DNA from: the human T2T-CHM13v2.0 reference genome, Homo sapiens | Length of the DNA stretch: 64,000 nucleotides | Assembly (NCBI RefSeq): GCF_009914755.1 | Contig: NC_060929.1 | Strand: one strand, 5' to 3' | Shown here: positions 1 to 14,285 of the stretch, in pieces | How the letters are laid out: each line of letters opens with the position of its first letter | Numbering within the stretch: the first letter of the stretch is position 1 | The notes under the pieces: generated by a model | The model's input: the letters and a program-made list of their open reading frames with translations, nothing else | Databases searched by the model: none | Told to the model about the DNA's origin: nothing | Program-made: the position numbers and the translations under genes

Positions 1-689
1 TTTTCATTAAATATGCTAATTCCACACAGCATTACTATCGAAGCTTTGCCAATGCCTGAGTAGACATTATGCCTTATTTTCCAAATCAAGCAAAACCATT
101 TTTCATTATTTGTTTTGATTATCTTCAGTATGGCCTATCCTAATTGTGTTCGGAACAGGTGCATTTATGTTGCTAAAGAGACCAAAATAACAGTCTGAAC
201 ATGAAGCTTTTATATGCCATGCGGTGCAATTATTTCATCGGGATACACAGTGGGAAGAAGTAGTCTAGTGATAGTACCCTTACTGTAATTAAAGGCCAAA
301 TGGGGAATAAAAAGAAAGCAGGGGGATTATTAATCATAATTTTCAACAGCATCTTCCAGCTGAATCAAATGATGTTAATACTTGTAGTAGATATTTCAGA
401 TTTTCAGAATAAAACCCTGGATTTCTTAGAATATTATTCCTACTTCACAATACTATTTTATTTCTGGTAAAACATATTTTACAAGGGATGCTTTAATTTC
501 AGTCTTTAGGTAATTCCATTAATATGTGCTGCATAATTAATTGAATTTGTTGTTTTTAGAATTATGATGGTTACATAACCAGGCAGGTAAATTGAAAGAG
601 ATTAATTAGATTCAGGAACTTTTTAAGAAACATAGATATGAATAATGGAAGTAATTGGTCTAGTATGTGAACACTATAAATGTTAGTAT

Positions 690-870
690 GCTAAGTGATT
701 TACATCTCATACAATCCCTATATCAAATATGTTAACTGACACAATTGTTACTCACATATTAAACATGAGAAACTAAAAGTTCATCTAAGCAAAGTAATTT
801 CTCCAAAGTTAAAGACTTTGTAAGTTGATGGAAAGGAAATTCAAAATCATTTTCAAACAGCAAAGCTTGA
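690..870 (-). mobile_element. Degenerate MIR SINE fragment
   Basis: Resembles the MIR core in reverse orientation (acatgagaaactaaaagttc...aagtaatttctccaaagtt); highly diverged. Confidence 0.4.
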
Positions 871-1536
871 GCTCTATATTCTGTACATATATATTCTTCA
901 GAGTGGAGTAATATTGCATATCTTTAAATATTGCATGTTATTTGGAAAATAAGAATTCCTAAACAGAGGTTAATATTTTTGTCAATGTTGTTTACAATCT
1001 CTTAAGTGCCTTATCAGTTATAAATTATTTTTCACTGGAAAGGCTCAAAGTCCAAATATATGTTTAAAACTGTATTAAAATTTTAGTTAGGATAATAATG
1101 AAAAAGAGTGGACATTTGAAACCCTCATCTTGCCACCTGTTTCAAGCCCTTCTACTCTATACAAATAATATGCCATACAAGTTAAGTAACTTAATTAAAT
1201 AATTTGCATTTTATATGCTTTATTTCATTTTGTGATTCAAAATTGAAATTGATAATAACTTGTATGTTTGACATAACATGTTTACTTAATGAATGAGATG
1301 AATCAGTTTGCTACAGAAGCACATACCTAGTTCAGGAAAAAATTTAGAAAATTCATTTAAAAAGAAAAATAAGTTAGATATAGCCTTTATTTATTTTTGT
1401 GGAGTACTTAAGCGGGCCAAGGGCAATTAGATTCTAAAAAGTGTTCAAAATAACATATATTAAAGTTAACTTCTCTAAAAAATGTACATACTATTAAAAC
1501 ATTTTTTTCAATTTGTTATACATTTAAGTTTCTTGA

Positions 1537-1915
<379 letters not shown>

Positions 1916-2124
1916 TAGAGTTCATGTTTAATTTTACACTTGAATTCATAATATATTAATATTTCAAACATATAATAAAGATTATAATATACATCAGAAT
2001 ATTACAGCTTCAGTAAAGATATACTCTCATCTCTCCTAATGTAGGTGCAATTCTGATAACCACGTATCAGGAAATATCTTGAGGTTTTCATGTATGATAA
2101 TTTTAAAAAATCTTCAATATCTTT

Positions 2125-2275
2125 ATAAATGTGAGAGAATTTATTATCTCCATTTCATAGATGAGGTCACTGAAGCTGTAAATAATTGCATAACTTTTCC
2201 CAGGCCATACATAGAGCTTGTGGTAGAGTCATTGTGTTCAAAACTAGTTTGACAAGCTCCACATCTCATGCTTGA
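2125..2275 (-). mobile_element. MIR SINE
   Basis: ttattatctccatttcatagatgaggtcactgaagct...aacttttcccaggccatacatag matches the reverse MIR core. Confidence 0.7.
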
Positions 2276-2639
2276 AATTATTAGGCTTTGTTAATTTTTA
2301 TGGTTAACCTACCTGCTGAAGCATATTTTGGTTACATCAATAATGGTACACTTACGAATTTATTATATCACTGAGTTTATAGTCCTCTAAACATACTATT
2401 TTCAGGCAGAAGTAAAATCATTTTATCGCATTATAAATAGCCCATTTGTAACTTCAAATGAATAGTACATTATAAAAAATGACTTTTATCTGTTAATTCT
2501 AGCGGTTTTTAAATAATTCATTGAAAAAGAAAGAATGAAGATATGCTATATTCCACTATTCTATTAAGATTCCTTTCTATTATTATTAAATGAATATGTC
2601 CTCAGTAAAAAATAATAATATATACAATGGCAATTACAT

Positions 2640-2995
2640 ATTTACTTAATAAACATTGTTATTTTAACACTATTGTTATTTTAACTCAACATGTGCCAAA
2701 TTGTAATCTAGAAACTGTAGATTCACTGGATAATAAAGTAACAAGGGGTTTCCATTTGGAAGCCTTCTAGTAGCTTCCATTTGAGTCTGTAAAATATATG
2801 AATAATGTTAGATAATAATAAAGGATCTGAGCAAAATCAAATAGGGTAAACGGTGGACAGAGGTTGAAAGAATTGTTGCTAATATAGGCACGGTAGTAAT
2901 GGAAGGTTTTACAGGGAAGTTGACATTTGCATCAACACCTAAAATGATGAGAGAAAGACATTCAAGGGAGAGGAACATTTCAATCAAAACAGCAT
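2640..2995 (-). mobile_element. L2 LINE 3' fragment
   Basis: ggaaggttttacagggaagttgacatttgca...ggaacatttcaatcaaaacag resembles antisense L2 3' region. Confidence 0.5.
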
Positions 2996-3949
2996 AATAA
3001 ATATTTTTGTGGTTTTATAATTGCAATATTAATTTCAGGAAATCTCATGATGATGTAAACAAAATATTCTTTCTAATTGTTCATCTCTTTTAATCAAATC
3101 ACAATTTAAACAAACTTCATCTTAGATTAATTAGACTGTGATGTCGAATCTTATTCAGATTTAGTCTATAAGGAGGGAGAAATTCATTTTTTAAAGGTAA
3201 CTTAGGAAGGTAGAGGATTACAAATCTTAGATTTTCATAGTCTAAATAAATAAAAATTTGTTTTCCTTCAAAGATTTTTTCGTTCAAATCATTCTATGAT
3301 GTACTTTCTTAATATGGTTACTTTGCTTTTACATTTTTAGCTAAAAAATTTTTCTTTTAAATATATTTTAACTGTAGTCATGTACAATCAGTAGGATTTA
3401 GCCCATAATTCAGATAATATTGCAAATATGCAACCTTGATAAATACATTTCTGTCATTTAAAATAATTATGACAAATTTTATTAAAATGTAAATATCTAT
3501 GAATTCACATTTTTAAAACTACACATACACTTTACATTTAATAATTACATCTTCTAGTCAGCAGATTAAGGAGAATTTATTCCAAACCATGAGATAATGG
3601 TGAAAAAGAGAGGATTTGAAAGGTGGGAAATCAAAAGGAAAATGAAATGGTCGATAATGTAAGAATAGATAATTTAGCAATGGAATCACTTAGCAAACGT
3701 AAATTAACCAGGCTTTAATGATAGTCTGTAAGATGAGTCACAGCAAGAATACACAAAGAAAGCTGAGAAAATGTACTTGAAAAAGTTGAAATTTGATTTA
3801 TAATCATTTAAGGAGGGAACTAGCTATCACTTAATAAAGGGCCCGTAGAAGCGTATTAGAGAACTAGCAGGGAATAAATGGGACTATATGGATCATTAAA
3901 AATCACTTTCTCTTAACCACTTGTTTTTATGTCTAAATAATTTTCTGTT

Positions 3950-4620
3950 CCTTCATTAATTCAAAAATTATTAATTAAACAAATGCTCCACTCAAGCTTT
4001 GTTGCTAAGCACTGGACAAAGTAAAGCAGACCTGATTGTATAGTTTATGAAGTTTATTGTCTGACTGGGAATAGAGCCAAGAAACAAATATGATGTGTAC
4101 TTACGAAATGACTAATACTATAAAATGAGGTATGAGGCTAAGGGATCATATAATGATACCCATAATAATTTAGAAGTCAAAGATATATACTTAAAAAATT
4201 GCTTATTATGAAGAAATCTTAAATTAGTATATGAATTATCAATCAAAGGAAATATATTCCTTGTAGTTAAAAGTGCATGTTCAACATGTAGGGTGTTAGG
4301 AGAAAAATGTGCATTCTTAAGTTTCATATAGCTGTAGAAGAGTGCATTATTAAGTGAGACAAGGTTAAGGCAAAGAGCTGAGAGGGACTAGATTATTGAG
4401 GGCTGTGTAAGTGTCTTAGTTATAACACTTATTTCAGTTGCAGGAAGCAAGCAATTGACATTATCTACATTTGGCCCTTAATTATTCTCTCTGCTGTGTG
4501 GAAATTATATTGTATACACATTTGCAATTGATTGTGGAAAGACAACATATGGAATATTTCACTCTGCTTAGCTGAGGTAAGCTGAAGATTAGGAATGATG
4601 GGTGAAATAAATTTCATCAT
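3950..4620 (-). mobile_element. L2 LINE 3' fragment
   Basis: Starts cattaattcaaaaattattaatt...tgttgctaagcactggacaaagtaaagcagacctg, a decayed antisense L2 terminus. Confidence 0.55.
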
Positions 4621-5384
4621 CAAAGATAACTGAAAGTGAATTTTTTTTTGTATTTAATGTTGGCAGTGAAGAATAGAAAAATGTTCTTGTTAAACTATTC
4701 ACTGTGGTCCAGAGAGCTGTGGCACATTACGTTCAAATAAAAAAACCTGAAAATAATTGACCATTAAAGTAAGGTCACTTACATAAGTTTGAAATAGAGA
4801 AAAGTTGACATACTCAAGAGATATATTTCAGGCAGAAATTGCAGATAACATTTTCCAAGATCCTCCAAAATTTTGAATTTTCTAACTTGAAAATCATGGT
4901 GAATGATCTTAGCATTTTTTTCATTGTGTTCATTATGGACATTTAGGCATATAGAAGAGTATTTGACACATAGTAAGTTAAGTGAATAGAATGGATGAAT
5001 AGATAAATATGATAGTTTTTGAGATTGTGAATGGGGCATAGAAACACACATACATGCACTTTTTTGTCAGACCCTGTTAAATATTATGATTATAAAGATG
5101 ATGTATAAATAAATGTAACTCAATGAAAAGACAGCATGCTAACAAATGGTTTATAACCAATATTTGATTTGTCAAACCCCAAATTTTGGAAAGACAATAA
5201 AAATTTTAGGTACATTTCTGCTACCCGATGGACAATTTCAATATGAGGGATTTTATTCACTTGACATTTTAAAGGTTTTCCGGTTGTGTGGAAGCTTCCC
5301 GATGCAGGAAGGCTGAGGCTATAGTAGTATCTAAGAGATTGTAAGGAAACGTGTTTCTTCATGGGAAAAAAAAATCTACCACAA

Positions 5385-6957
5385 TAGAGGAACTTGTTTC
5401 ATTAGGTAAGTTGCAAAGCAGTTAAATAAGATATTATAGATAGAATAGTAATAGGCAAACTAACTGAATTGACTGTATTGCCTTGGTGAAAAGTATAGCA
5501 GATTGATGACAATCAGACCCACTTCCAAGGGAAAACATAAGTCAACTGCTTATGAATTAGTCACTGGAAGGACTATATACTAATAATAGAACCTCATGTA
5601 TCTTCTGCTCCTAAACTCTGATATGACTAAATGCTACAAGACTTTAATGTATTAAACCAAAATATATTTTTACCAGCTAAAGAAGAGTTTTATGATCCAC
5701 TGACTGAGGACAATCAAACCCTTCATGATCTAGAATCCAGATATTTGGTTCTCTGGAAATGACATCAGAGAATAACTGCTCTTGCCACGCACATTGCAGC
5801 AAAACTTTGGGACCTCAAAACTTGGGTCCATAATCTCACAACTAAGAAAATCTTCTCCAGACTCTTGAAACTGTATACCCGTTGGAAACCTTAAAGTAAA
5901 GCTAACCAGGGAAGTTTCTTCCCAGAAGCAGACAGCATCCTAGATATGCACAACTTTCTCTAGATTATAATAAAAATTTCTCTGTCTTCATAGAGCCATC
6001 TCCTATTTTAATTTTTTCCTCCTTACACCTCTTTGAAAAACACAATTCTCCAAAAGTTCTCCAGTTCCAGACTACCCATGGGGTAAACTTTCATTGATGG
6101 AGAATTTTAGAGCCAACCTCACACATGGGTAGTCTTATACCTCAATTAGGAAAGATGAAGGAACAATGTGGGCTGATAACTTTAATGGTACTTTTGTTGC
6201 TCCACAATCAGTAAGAAAGAGAACATTGGTCAACTCTTTTTAACCTACGGGATAGGTTAAAGGATACATTGCTGGAAGGTCTTCATCCTTCTAAATAAAC
6301 ATTATTTGCTAGGTCCCTTTTTCTATGGCTTGAGGTAAATATAAATAAGGTAATGATTAGACACTTATTTCTCCTGATGGCTCTATAGTAGATTCTATGG
6401 CAAAGATTATGGTTGCACAATAGATTTCTTTTACCTATCTTGCAAAAGTTGTACTAGATAATAGAATTGCTCTGGATTAACTTCTAGCTGAATAGAGAGA
6501 AATCTGTGTAATTGTTCCCACTTTTTATTGCATATGGTTGAATATATTGGTTATTATAAAGATTCAGTTGCAGGGAATTAATCTACAGGCTGCTTGGTTA
6601 AACAAGGGCAACTCCTCATTTGGCTCATGATTTGGTCTACTCTATTTTGGTTGGTTTGTCAGTGGACCCTGGCTAAAAGCCTACTTCATACTTTTTATAT
6701 TAACCACTGATTGCCATCCTGGTTGTCTCCTTGGTGCACCATATTCTCTCAAAAGTTTTAAATGTTTGCCTGCAGCTATCCTTAGAATGTCAAATGGTTT
6801 CTCTTCCACTGGAATGACAAAAACTCAAATAAATGTATAATCATGAGGACACTGTAACCTATGATGGATATGTTGAGACTGAAACTCAAAACGATGGCAA
6901 ATGAGAGTAGCGCTAAAACCCTAAGTATTAGGTGAGAAACTGACCAAAAAGCAGAAT
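5385..6957 (+). mobile_element. ERV1 (MER4/MER34-group) internal remnant with integrase and env TM fragments
   Basis: About 5530-5570 reads GKHKSTAYELVTGR (integrase C-terminal-like); 6448-6543 reads VVLDNRIALD*LLAE*REICVIVPTFYCIWLN (env immunosuppressive domain plus decayed CX6CC); purine-rich tract before the LTR. Confidence 0.85.
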
Positions 6958-7100
6958 TGTTAAACTCAGTTATGGGAGGTCATGGTTTGGACTAAGCTCC
7001 TGCACCAGACCCCAACAGACTGGACCAAACTGACATGGAGCCAGTAATGCTAAATGCTACATAATCAAACTGAAACTTTAAGGAAGCATATAGATCGCCA
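6958..7100 (+). mobile_element. 5' part of the 3' LTR of the ERV1 remnant (MER34/MER39-like), truncated
   Basis: Begins TGTTAAAC immediately after the purine-rich tract; ggactaagctcctgcaccagaccccaacagac...aatcaaactgaaactttaaggaagc is typical of MER4-group LTRs. Confidence 0.7.
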
Positions 7101-7169
7101 GAAAGATGGAAGCTAAGACTAAATAAGACTTGTTAATTTCATCATGAGACAAACTAAGTCAATTTACAA

Positions 7170-7320
7170 TAGTGACAGAGAGACATCACTAGATCAATGC
7201 CTAATGTTTGGATCAATCTCCTAAGCCTCCATAATCACATGAGCCAAGTTACTAAGATAAATCTCTTTCTGTATACACATCCTAATTGTTCTATTTCTTT
7301 GCAGTACCTAAATCCAACAA
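7170..7320 (+). mobile_element. MLT2 (ERVL) LTR 3' end fragment
   Basis: gcctccataatcacatgagccaag...ataaatctctttct...catcctaattgttctatttct matches the MLT2 3' end. Confidence 0.65.
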
Positions 7321-9453
7321 TTTTGGCCTCAGATTCCTGAAGCCCTTATCACTTTGAAATAAAGTCACATTTGCTTTATCACACAAACAGAATTTCGTTT
7401 ATATCTGCCAAACTTGACCTGTCTTCTGATTACTTAAGACATAAGTTGTTGCCTTTCTGCTACTAGAGATGTTCATTGTTGGAGGCTCCACTAACTTTAT
7501 AAACAAATCAGAACACAACAATTGCAAAAAAAGAAGAAACAAAGAACTCACTCAGTATACAGTTCTATTTGACAAGTATTTATTAAATTGACCCTGCCTG
7601 CTTTGTGGTCGTGTCCACTTATTGTTACCTTACTCATATATATTTAGTAACCAGCTAATACTATGGGTTTGGTTTATACTAAAACTTTGTGTGTGTCTCT
7701 TTCTCTGTCTTCTTCTTCTTTTGTCTCAATATCTATTCAAATTTTAGCTGTTTTTCTGGACCTGAATTTTCTAACTGCTCATGTTTTCACTGCCAATATT
7801 TTCCACAGAAGTTTAAGTAGCACCCTTGGTAAGAAAGTTCCAATCACAAATGTGTCACTAATTTCCAGAGCAATTTCTTAAAAGCAAATACTCCTCCATC
7901 TCTTATTTTTTTGATATTTCAATGTCTTTTAATTGTTGTTTTATATTTTGTACAAATTTTATAATTCTTATAACTAGAAGTGTTTATATAGCTGCCTCAG
8001 TCTACCCCCATGACTGGCAAATCTTCCAAATGTGCTTTTTCACTATGTTTATTCAGCCTTTTTATTGATTTTCATCATTCTTTGGATACTCCTAGTATAG
8101 TTATGTTAGATTGTTTTTTTGCCACTCTTTTTTATCTATTTCTTCAGATTATTTTATTTTTGTTTTCATTGGTTTTTATTAAAAATAATTTCCTTTTTAT
8201 ACTCTTCTTTACCTTGTGGCATTATGAATTGTATTCATTTGCATTTTTGTGACTTTCATTCTTTTTCTTTATTTCTGAAATAATTTTTTTCATTTATAAT
8301 GTATTACTAAAGTCTGTTGCTATTTTTTGTCCAATAATATTATGATTGTGTTTTCCCAATTCTGAATTACAGCTTTGTTCTCATTTCTAATGTCATTTTC
8401 TAAATCTTGTATATATTTACAAATTTGTCTTTTTCCTCCCTTGAATAAGTCTCTGAAATGCTTATGTTATTTGTAGTTTTAACTCAGTTTATTATTACTT
8501 TTATATTTGATAACTTTAATTTGAGTGAAATTGTTATTTTACTCATGTTATAATGTGGTAGATTTTACCATGTTTTTAGTAGGGGAGACCTGTTGTGTCT
8601 GAAGGCCTAGTTTTATATAACTGGGCTGAGTCTTCTCAATTATTTTAACTATTAACAAATATGGCCTATTTTCTGAGATTTTCTCTTCTTTCATCTCTTA
8701 CTTTTTTTCTGAAATTACCCTTTTTTTTTCTCTTTCATAGTTATCTCGGCCTTTCCAATCTAAATCCTATATCCTGAAGTTTCCTTCCATTGCAGCTGAG
8801 GATGTATTCTGCTAGGAAGCAAGTTAGTTTCAAAATGTCTTAGGACCAAGTCCAGCTTATCATGATCCCCTAGTATTTACCCACAAGTAGAAGTTTGTGA
8901 AGCTCCTTTTTAATTATATCTGCAAAAATTACCAAAACAAGTGAGGACAACTCCTTTGGCATGACTAAGTTGGGTAATTTTTCATATTTTCAGACTCTGA
9001 GTATATTGGTTGTCATTTCGCTTCTGTATGCTTCTCCTACAGAGTTAATGATGCCACGTGTTAACTTTCTATGAGAGGTTTGGCACAACTTGCTTATATT
9101 ATGAATTTCATAGGCATAAGTTGAATGCTTCAGCACTACCACTGAGAGAGAGGATGTGTCTTTTAATCTTAAGGTCTTAAAATTTCAAAAAGATGGGGTC
9201 ACATGGAAAATAAGCTACCTCCCTCCTCATGCTCCCTGAATCACATGGTTGGAATGAGAAAAGACCTTATATTGGCCATAGTACACAACAAGTAGAAACA
9301 GGTGGTCCTATAGAAATATGGAATGGTCCAACAAACCCTCAGTTACAGTGCCATTGCAAAGGAACATCTTTGGGGTTTGAGGTATTATAAAATGCATAAT
9401 TTGCCCTGAATAAGCAATTCCTCCAGAGCCAGATCTGAGATTACATGCTATAA

Positions 9454-9936
<483 letters not shown>

Positions 9937-10253
9937 TGAGGTATTTAAGAAAGAGACAAAAACAAGATAAAGAATGACTTGTGAGGGGACAGAGCCAAGA
10001 TGGCTGAATAAAAGCAGCTAGTATGTGCTTCTCTAATAGAGAGGAGACAGAGTGGTGAGTAAACAGTAGCCCTTTAAGTGGATCATAAAGGAGGCCACAC
10101 TGGGATTCAGCAAGGAAACAACAGCAAACCACAGATGGCAGAGAGGAGTGAGGCAGAGTAGCTGCCTACCCAGGATTGGCATGGAGCCAGGGGATGGGGG
10201 AGAAAGGATGAGTGAGTGAGAGCCCCTGGCAACCCAAACTTCTGCCATGGACC

Positions 10254-10965
10254 CATTAGCAGTGGCAAACCCATATGGGTCTGCAGAAACCTCACCTCTT
10301 GGCTCCTCAAAAGAAATAATTTGACTGAGGGTCATAGGCAGAAGGAGAGATGGAGGCAAGTTTTAGAGTAGGAGTAAAATCTTATTGAAATGATTTAGAG
10401 CAGGGATGAAAGGAAGTGAAGTACACTTGGAAGAGGGCCAAGTGGGCAACTTGAAAGATCAAGTGCACAGTTTGACCTTTTGACTTGAGGTTTTATATGA
10501 TGGCATGCCTCTGGGGTTTTGCCTCCCTCTTCCCCTGATTCTTTCCTTGGGGTGGGCTGTCCCCATGTGCAGTGGACTGCTAGCACTTGGGAGGTGAGCA
10601 TGTTCAGTGTGTTTACTGGAGTCATACGCATGCCCACTTGAGGTATTTTTCCCTTACCAGCCAAATGCCCCTGGAAGGTCATATAAGAGTTAAACGCCTC
10701 CATTTTGCCTCTTAACGCGCATGCCTGAGCCCACTCGCTGAACTCCTGAGATGTTGGGAAGCTGCTGATCCGCTGCTGTTCATCAGTTTTAGGTGATTCT
10801 ATCTATTGCGAGACTGCTTTCCCTGGCACTGGCTGTGATCAATTATTTTAGAGAGACAGTGTAACAACCGCCTGACCATCATCTGATAGTCTCCTGACAT
10901 TCCTGGTGGGGTTGGGGGAGCCCTCTCCCGTCCTGCTCACCCCTGACTAGATACCTACTGTAACA
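10254..10965 (-). mobile_element. MER50 solo LTR (ERV1) nested in the L1 5' UTR
   Basis: Minus strand begins TGTTACAGTAGGTATCTAGTCAGG, matching the MER50 start as recalled; 4-bp TSD GACC at 10250-10253 and 10966-10969. Confidence 0.88.
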
Positions 10966-12197
10966 GACCTTTGCAATCTTGGGCACAGAAGATCTTCCCA
11001 CCACAGTCAATATGGGACCTCCATGCTGACACAGAGAGCTACCTGCAATTTGGGCAGAACTGCTGCCCAGGCCCACATGGAGCTCCACAGGACTTGGAAA
11101 CTTGAACTGCTGTAGCCCCACCAAGGGAGGCAAGGCTGTCTCATGTGCCCCAGGGTATGAGCCACATCCACAGTGCTGAGGGTCATATGAACTGCGTGCT
11201 CCACCTCGCCAGGCAAAGCTCAATCACCTGGGACCCCAGCACAGCCACTCCACCTCTGCCTGAGCACTTTGACTGGTAATAGCTCTCCATTTCTCTAGAA
11301 TAGAGCTCCCAGAGGTCAACTACAGGCCCACCGCAATTGCCATTGCCACAATTTACAACCCTGCTGCCCTCAGGCTGGGTGGGAGCAAAGAGTCTAAGAA
11401 CTGTTTCAGGCCTTCAGCGCTTTGCAGTCATTGTATGGAAAAGCATGTGGACTGTTTTGCTTGTGGGACTCTACACTGTTATTCCTCACTAAGCAGGGCC
11501 TCTGGCTGCAGCAACCCTATGGAGAAGAGGCCAGTCTGTCTTCCCTGCAAGTTCCCCACCCCCTGGTCTTCCCCAGACAGGGCCCCCAGCTTTCTCTGGC
11601 CAGCAACACAGCCACCCCACCAACAGTTGATTATTCTGATTGGCAGCAGCTCTGTGGTTCTCTAGAGTTGAGCTCCTGAATACAAATGACTGACAGGCCA
11701 TCTCCCATTGCCCTGACTGAGGTTCCCATCCCTGCTCCCTCAAAGCTGGGGAGGGAACAAAGAGCCTGAAACTTGTCCCAGGATTGCGGTGCACAGCTTG
11801 AGAGTGGCAAGTCAGAAATCTATGGCCAGCACTCAAGTGGAAGAGAAGTGCTCCTCTCAGAGTACACAGAGGAGTGATTTGTGGTGGTTTGGGGGCTGCT
11901 GCAGGAGCAGGGTGTGCCTCTGCAGGATTGGCCCGGAAAAGGTGTGGCCTGTTTCTCTGCCATGGCCCCTGCAGCCTGGAACGCTAACAGGGGCGCAGTT
12001 GTGGACTTAGTGATGGAGTCACCTTTCTTCCCCCCACCCGCCCAGCCCTGCAGAGCCACCTACCTGTAAAACTAAGGGCAGGAATTCAGCCACAAATAAA
12101 GACCCTGCACATAGACTTGGTCCTCTAAAAACATCCAGAAACAAAGCTAACTATACTCAGCTTAATCCACAGTTAAAGACACACAAATCCTCCTAGA

Positions 12198-13190
12198 TGA
12201 GAAAGAACCAGCACAACATCTGTTTAAATTCAAAAAGCTAGAGTATCTCTTTACCTCCAAACTGGCCTAGTAGCTCGCCAGATACGGATCTTAACCAGTC
12301 ACAAATGATTGAAAAACAGACATAGATTTCGAATTAAGATGGCAAGGAAGCTCATTGAGATTCAGGAGGAAGTTAAAACCCAATCCAAGGAATCCAAGGA
12401 ATCGAGTAAATTAATTCAAGAGCTGAAAGACAAAATAGTCATTTTAGGAAACAACCACACTGACCTTCCAGAAGTAAAACATTCACTAAAAAAATTTCAT
12501 AACACAGTTGGAAGTATTAACAGCAGAATAGACCAAGCTGAGGAAAAAAAAAAAAACTCTGAGCTCGAAGATTGGTTCTTTGAATTAATTCAGTCAAGCC
12601 AAAATAAAGAAAAAATAATTTTTAAAAATGAGCAAAACTTCTGAGAAATATGTGATTATGTAAAGAAATCTATGTTACTGGCATTCCAGAGCAAGAAACA
12701 GATAAAATAAACAACTTGGAAAATATATTTGAGAATATAACCCAACAAAATTTCCTTAATCACACTAGAGAGTTTGACATTTAATACCAGAAATATAGAG
12801 AACCCCCATGAGAAACTATACAAGACAACCATCTGAAGGCACATAGTCATCACATTCACCAAGGTCATCATATTTACCAAGGTCAAGACACACAGAAAAA
12901 GTCTTAAAAGCAGCTAGAGAGAAGAGTCAAGTTGTGTACAGAGGAAACCCCATCAGGCTTGCAGCAAACCTGTCAGCAGAAACTTTACAAAGCCAGAAAA
13001 GATCAGGAGCCTGTTTTCAATGTCCTTAAAGAAAAAATATTCCAACCAAAAATTTCATATCTCATCAAACTTATTCATTAATCATCTTAAGTGAAGGAAA
13101 AAAAATCATTTTCATACAAGCAAATGTTGAGGGAATACATTTCAATTAGACCAGCCTTATAAGAAGTCCTTAAGGGAGTGCATGGAACTG
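12198..13190 (+). pseudogene. L1 ORF1p remnant (frameshifted)
   Basis: ORF 12309-12644 ...KLIEIQEEVKTQSKE...NSRIDQAEE is the ORF1p coiled coil; stops and frameshifts downstream. Confidence 0.85.
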
Positions 13191-13302
13191 AAAAAAAAAA
13201 TGACATCAACTACCACAAAAACACATAGTACATAGCCCATAGGTCCTATTAATATAAAACAATCACACAATCAAGTCTGCCTAACAACTAGCTAACAACA
13301 CA

Positions 13303-14285
13303 ATGACAGGATCAAAATTACACATATCGATACTAACCCTGAATGCAAACAAATGCCCCACTTAAAACATATAGAGTTGCAAGCTGGATACAAAGAAAAG
13401 ACCCAATTATCTGCTGTCTTCAAGAGACCCATCTCACATGTAGCAACAACCACAGGCTCAATGTAAAGGCATAGAATAAGATCTATCATGCAAATGTAAA
13501 ACAAAAAGAGAAGAAGTTACTACTCTTAGCTAAAACAGAGGTTAAACCAACAAAAATTAAGAAGTACATTTTATACTGATAAAGGCTATTGTATAATAAG
13601 AAGACTTAACTATCCTAAGTATGTGCACATCCAACATTGGAGCACCCAGATTCATCAAACAAGTTCTTCCTGGCCTACAGAAAGATTTAGACAGCCATAC
13701 AATAGTAGGGGGAGACTTCAACACCCCACTTATAGAGTTAGATTACCCAGGCAGAAAACCAACAATTAAATTCTGGACTTAAACTTGACATTTGGCCAAT
13801 CAGACCTTATAGACTTCTACAGAACACTCCACCCAACAACCACAGAACATACATTCTTCTTGCTTGTATATGTAACATATTCTAAGATCAGCCACATGCT
13901 TGGTCATAAGGTAAGTCCCAATAAATTAAAAAAAAAGAAATCATACCAAGAACACACTTAAGTTACAGTGAAAGAATAATAAAAATCACTGTCAAGATCT
14001 CTCAAAACTACGAAAAATGTATGGAAATTAAACAACTTGCTCCTGAATAACTAATTGGGTAAACGTATACATTAAGTCAGAAATCCAAAAATTCTTTGAA
14101 ATTAATGAATATAGAAACACAACCTACCAAAATCTCTGGATGCAGCTAAAGCATTGTTAAAATGAAAGTTTATAGTACTAAACGCCTTCATCAAGAAGTT
14201 AGAAAGATCACAAATTAATGATCTAACTTTACACCTAAAGGAACTAGAAAAAAAAAAGAGAGAGAGAACAAACCAACCCCAAAGG
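13303..14285 (+). pseudogene. L1 ORF2 endonuclease-domain remnant
   Basis: MTGSKLHISILTLNAN start; CCLQETHL, GDFNTPL and YSKISH motifs across frames; disrupted. Confidence 0.88.

Noticed and set aside
6200-6900. Possible domesticated env (syncytin/HEMO-like)
   Set aside because: In-frame stops inside the immunosuppressive domain, a degraded CX6CC and a missing SU
10033-12069. Dense overlapping ORFs and raised GC suggesting a gene or CpG island
   Set aside because: Explained by the L1 5' UTR and MER50 LTR; CpG is depleted and the ORFs show no recognisable domain
12848-12886. 18-bp tandem duplication in L1 ORF1 (t.accaaggtca twice)
   Set aside because: Ordinary slippage duplication in a dead element
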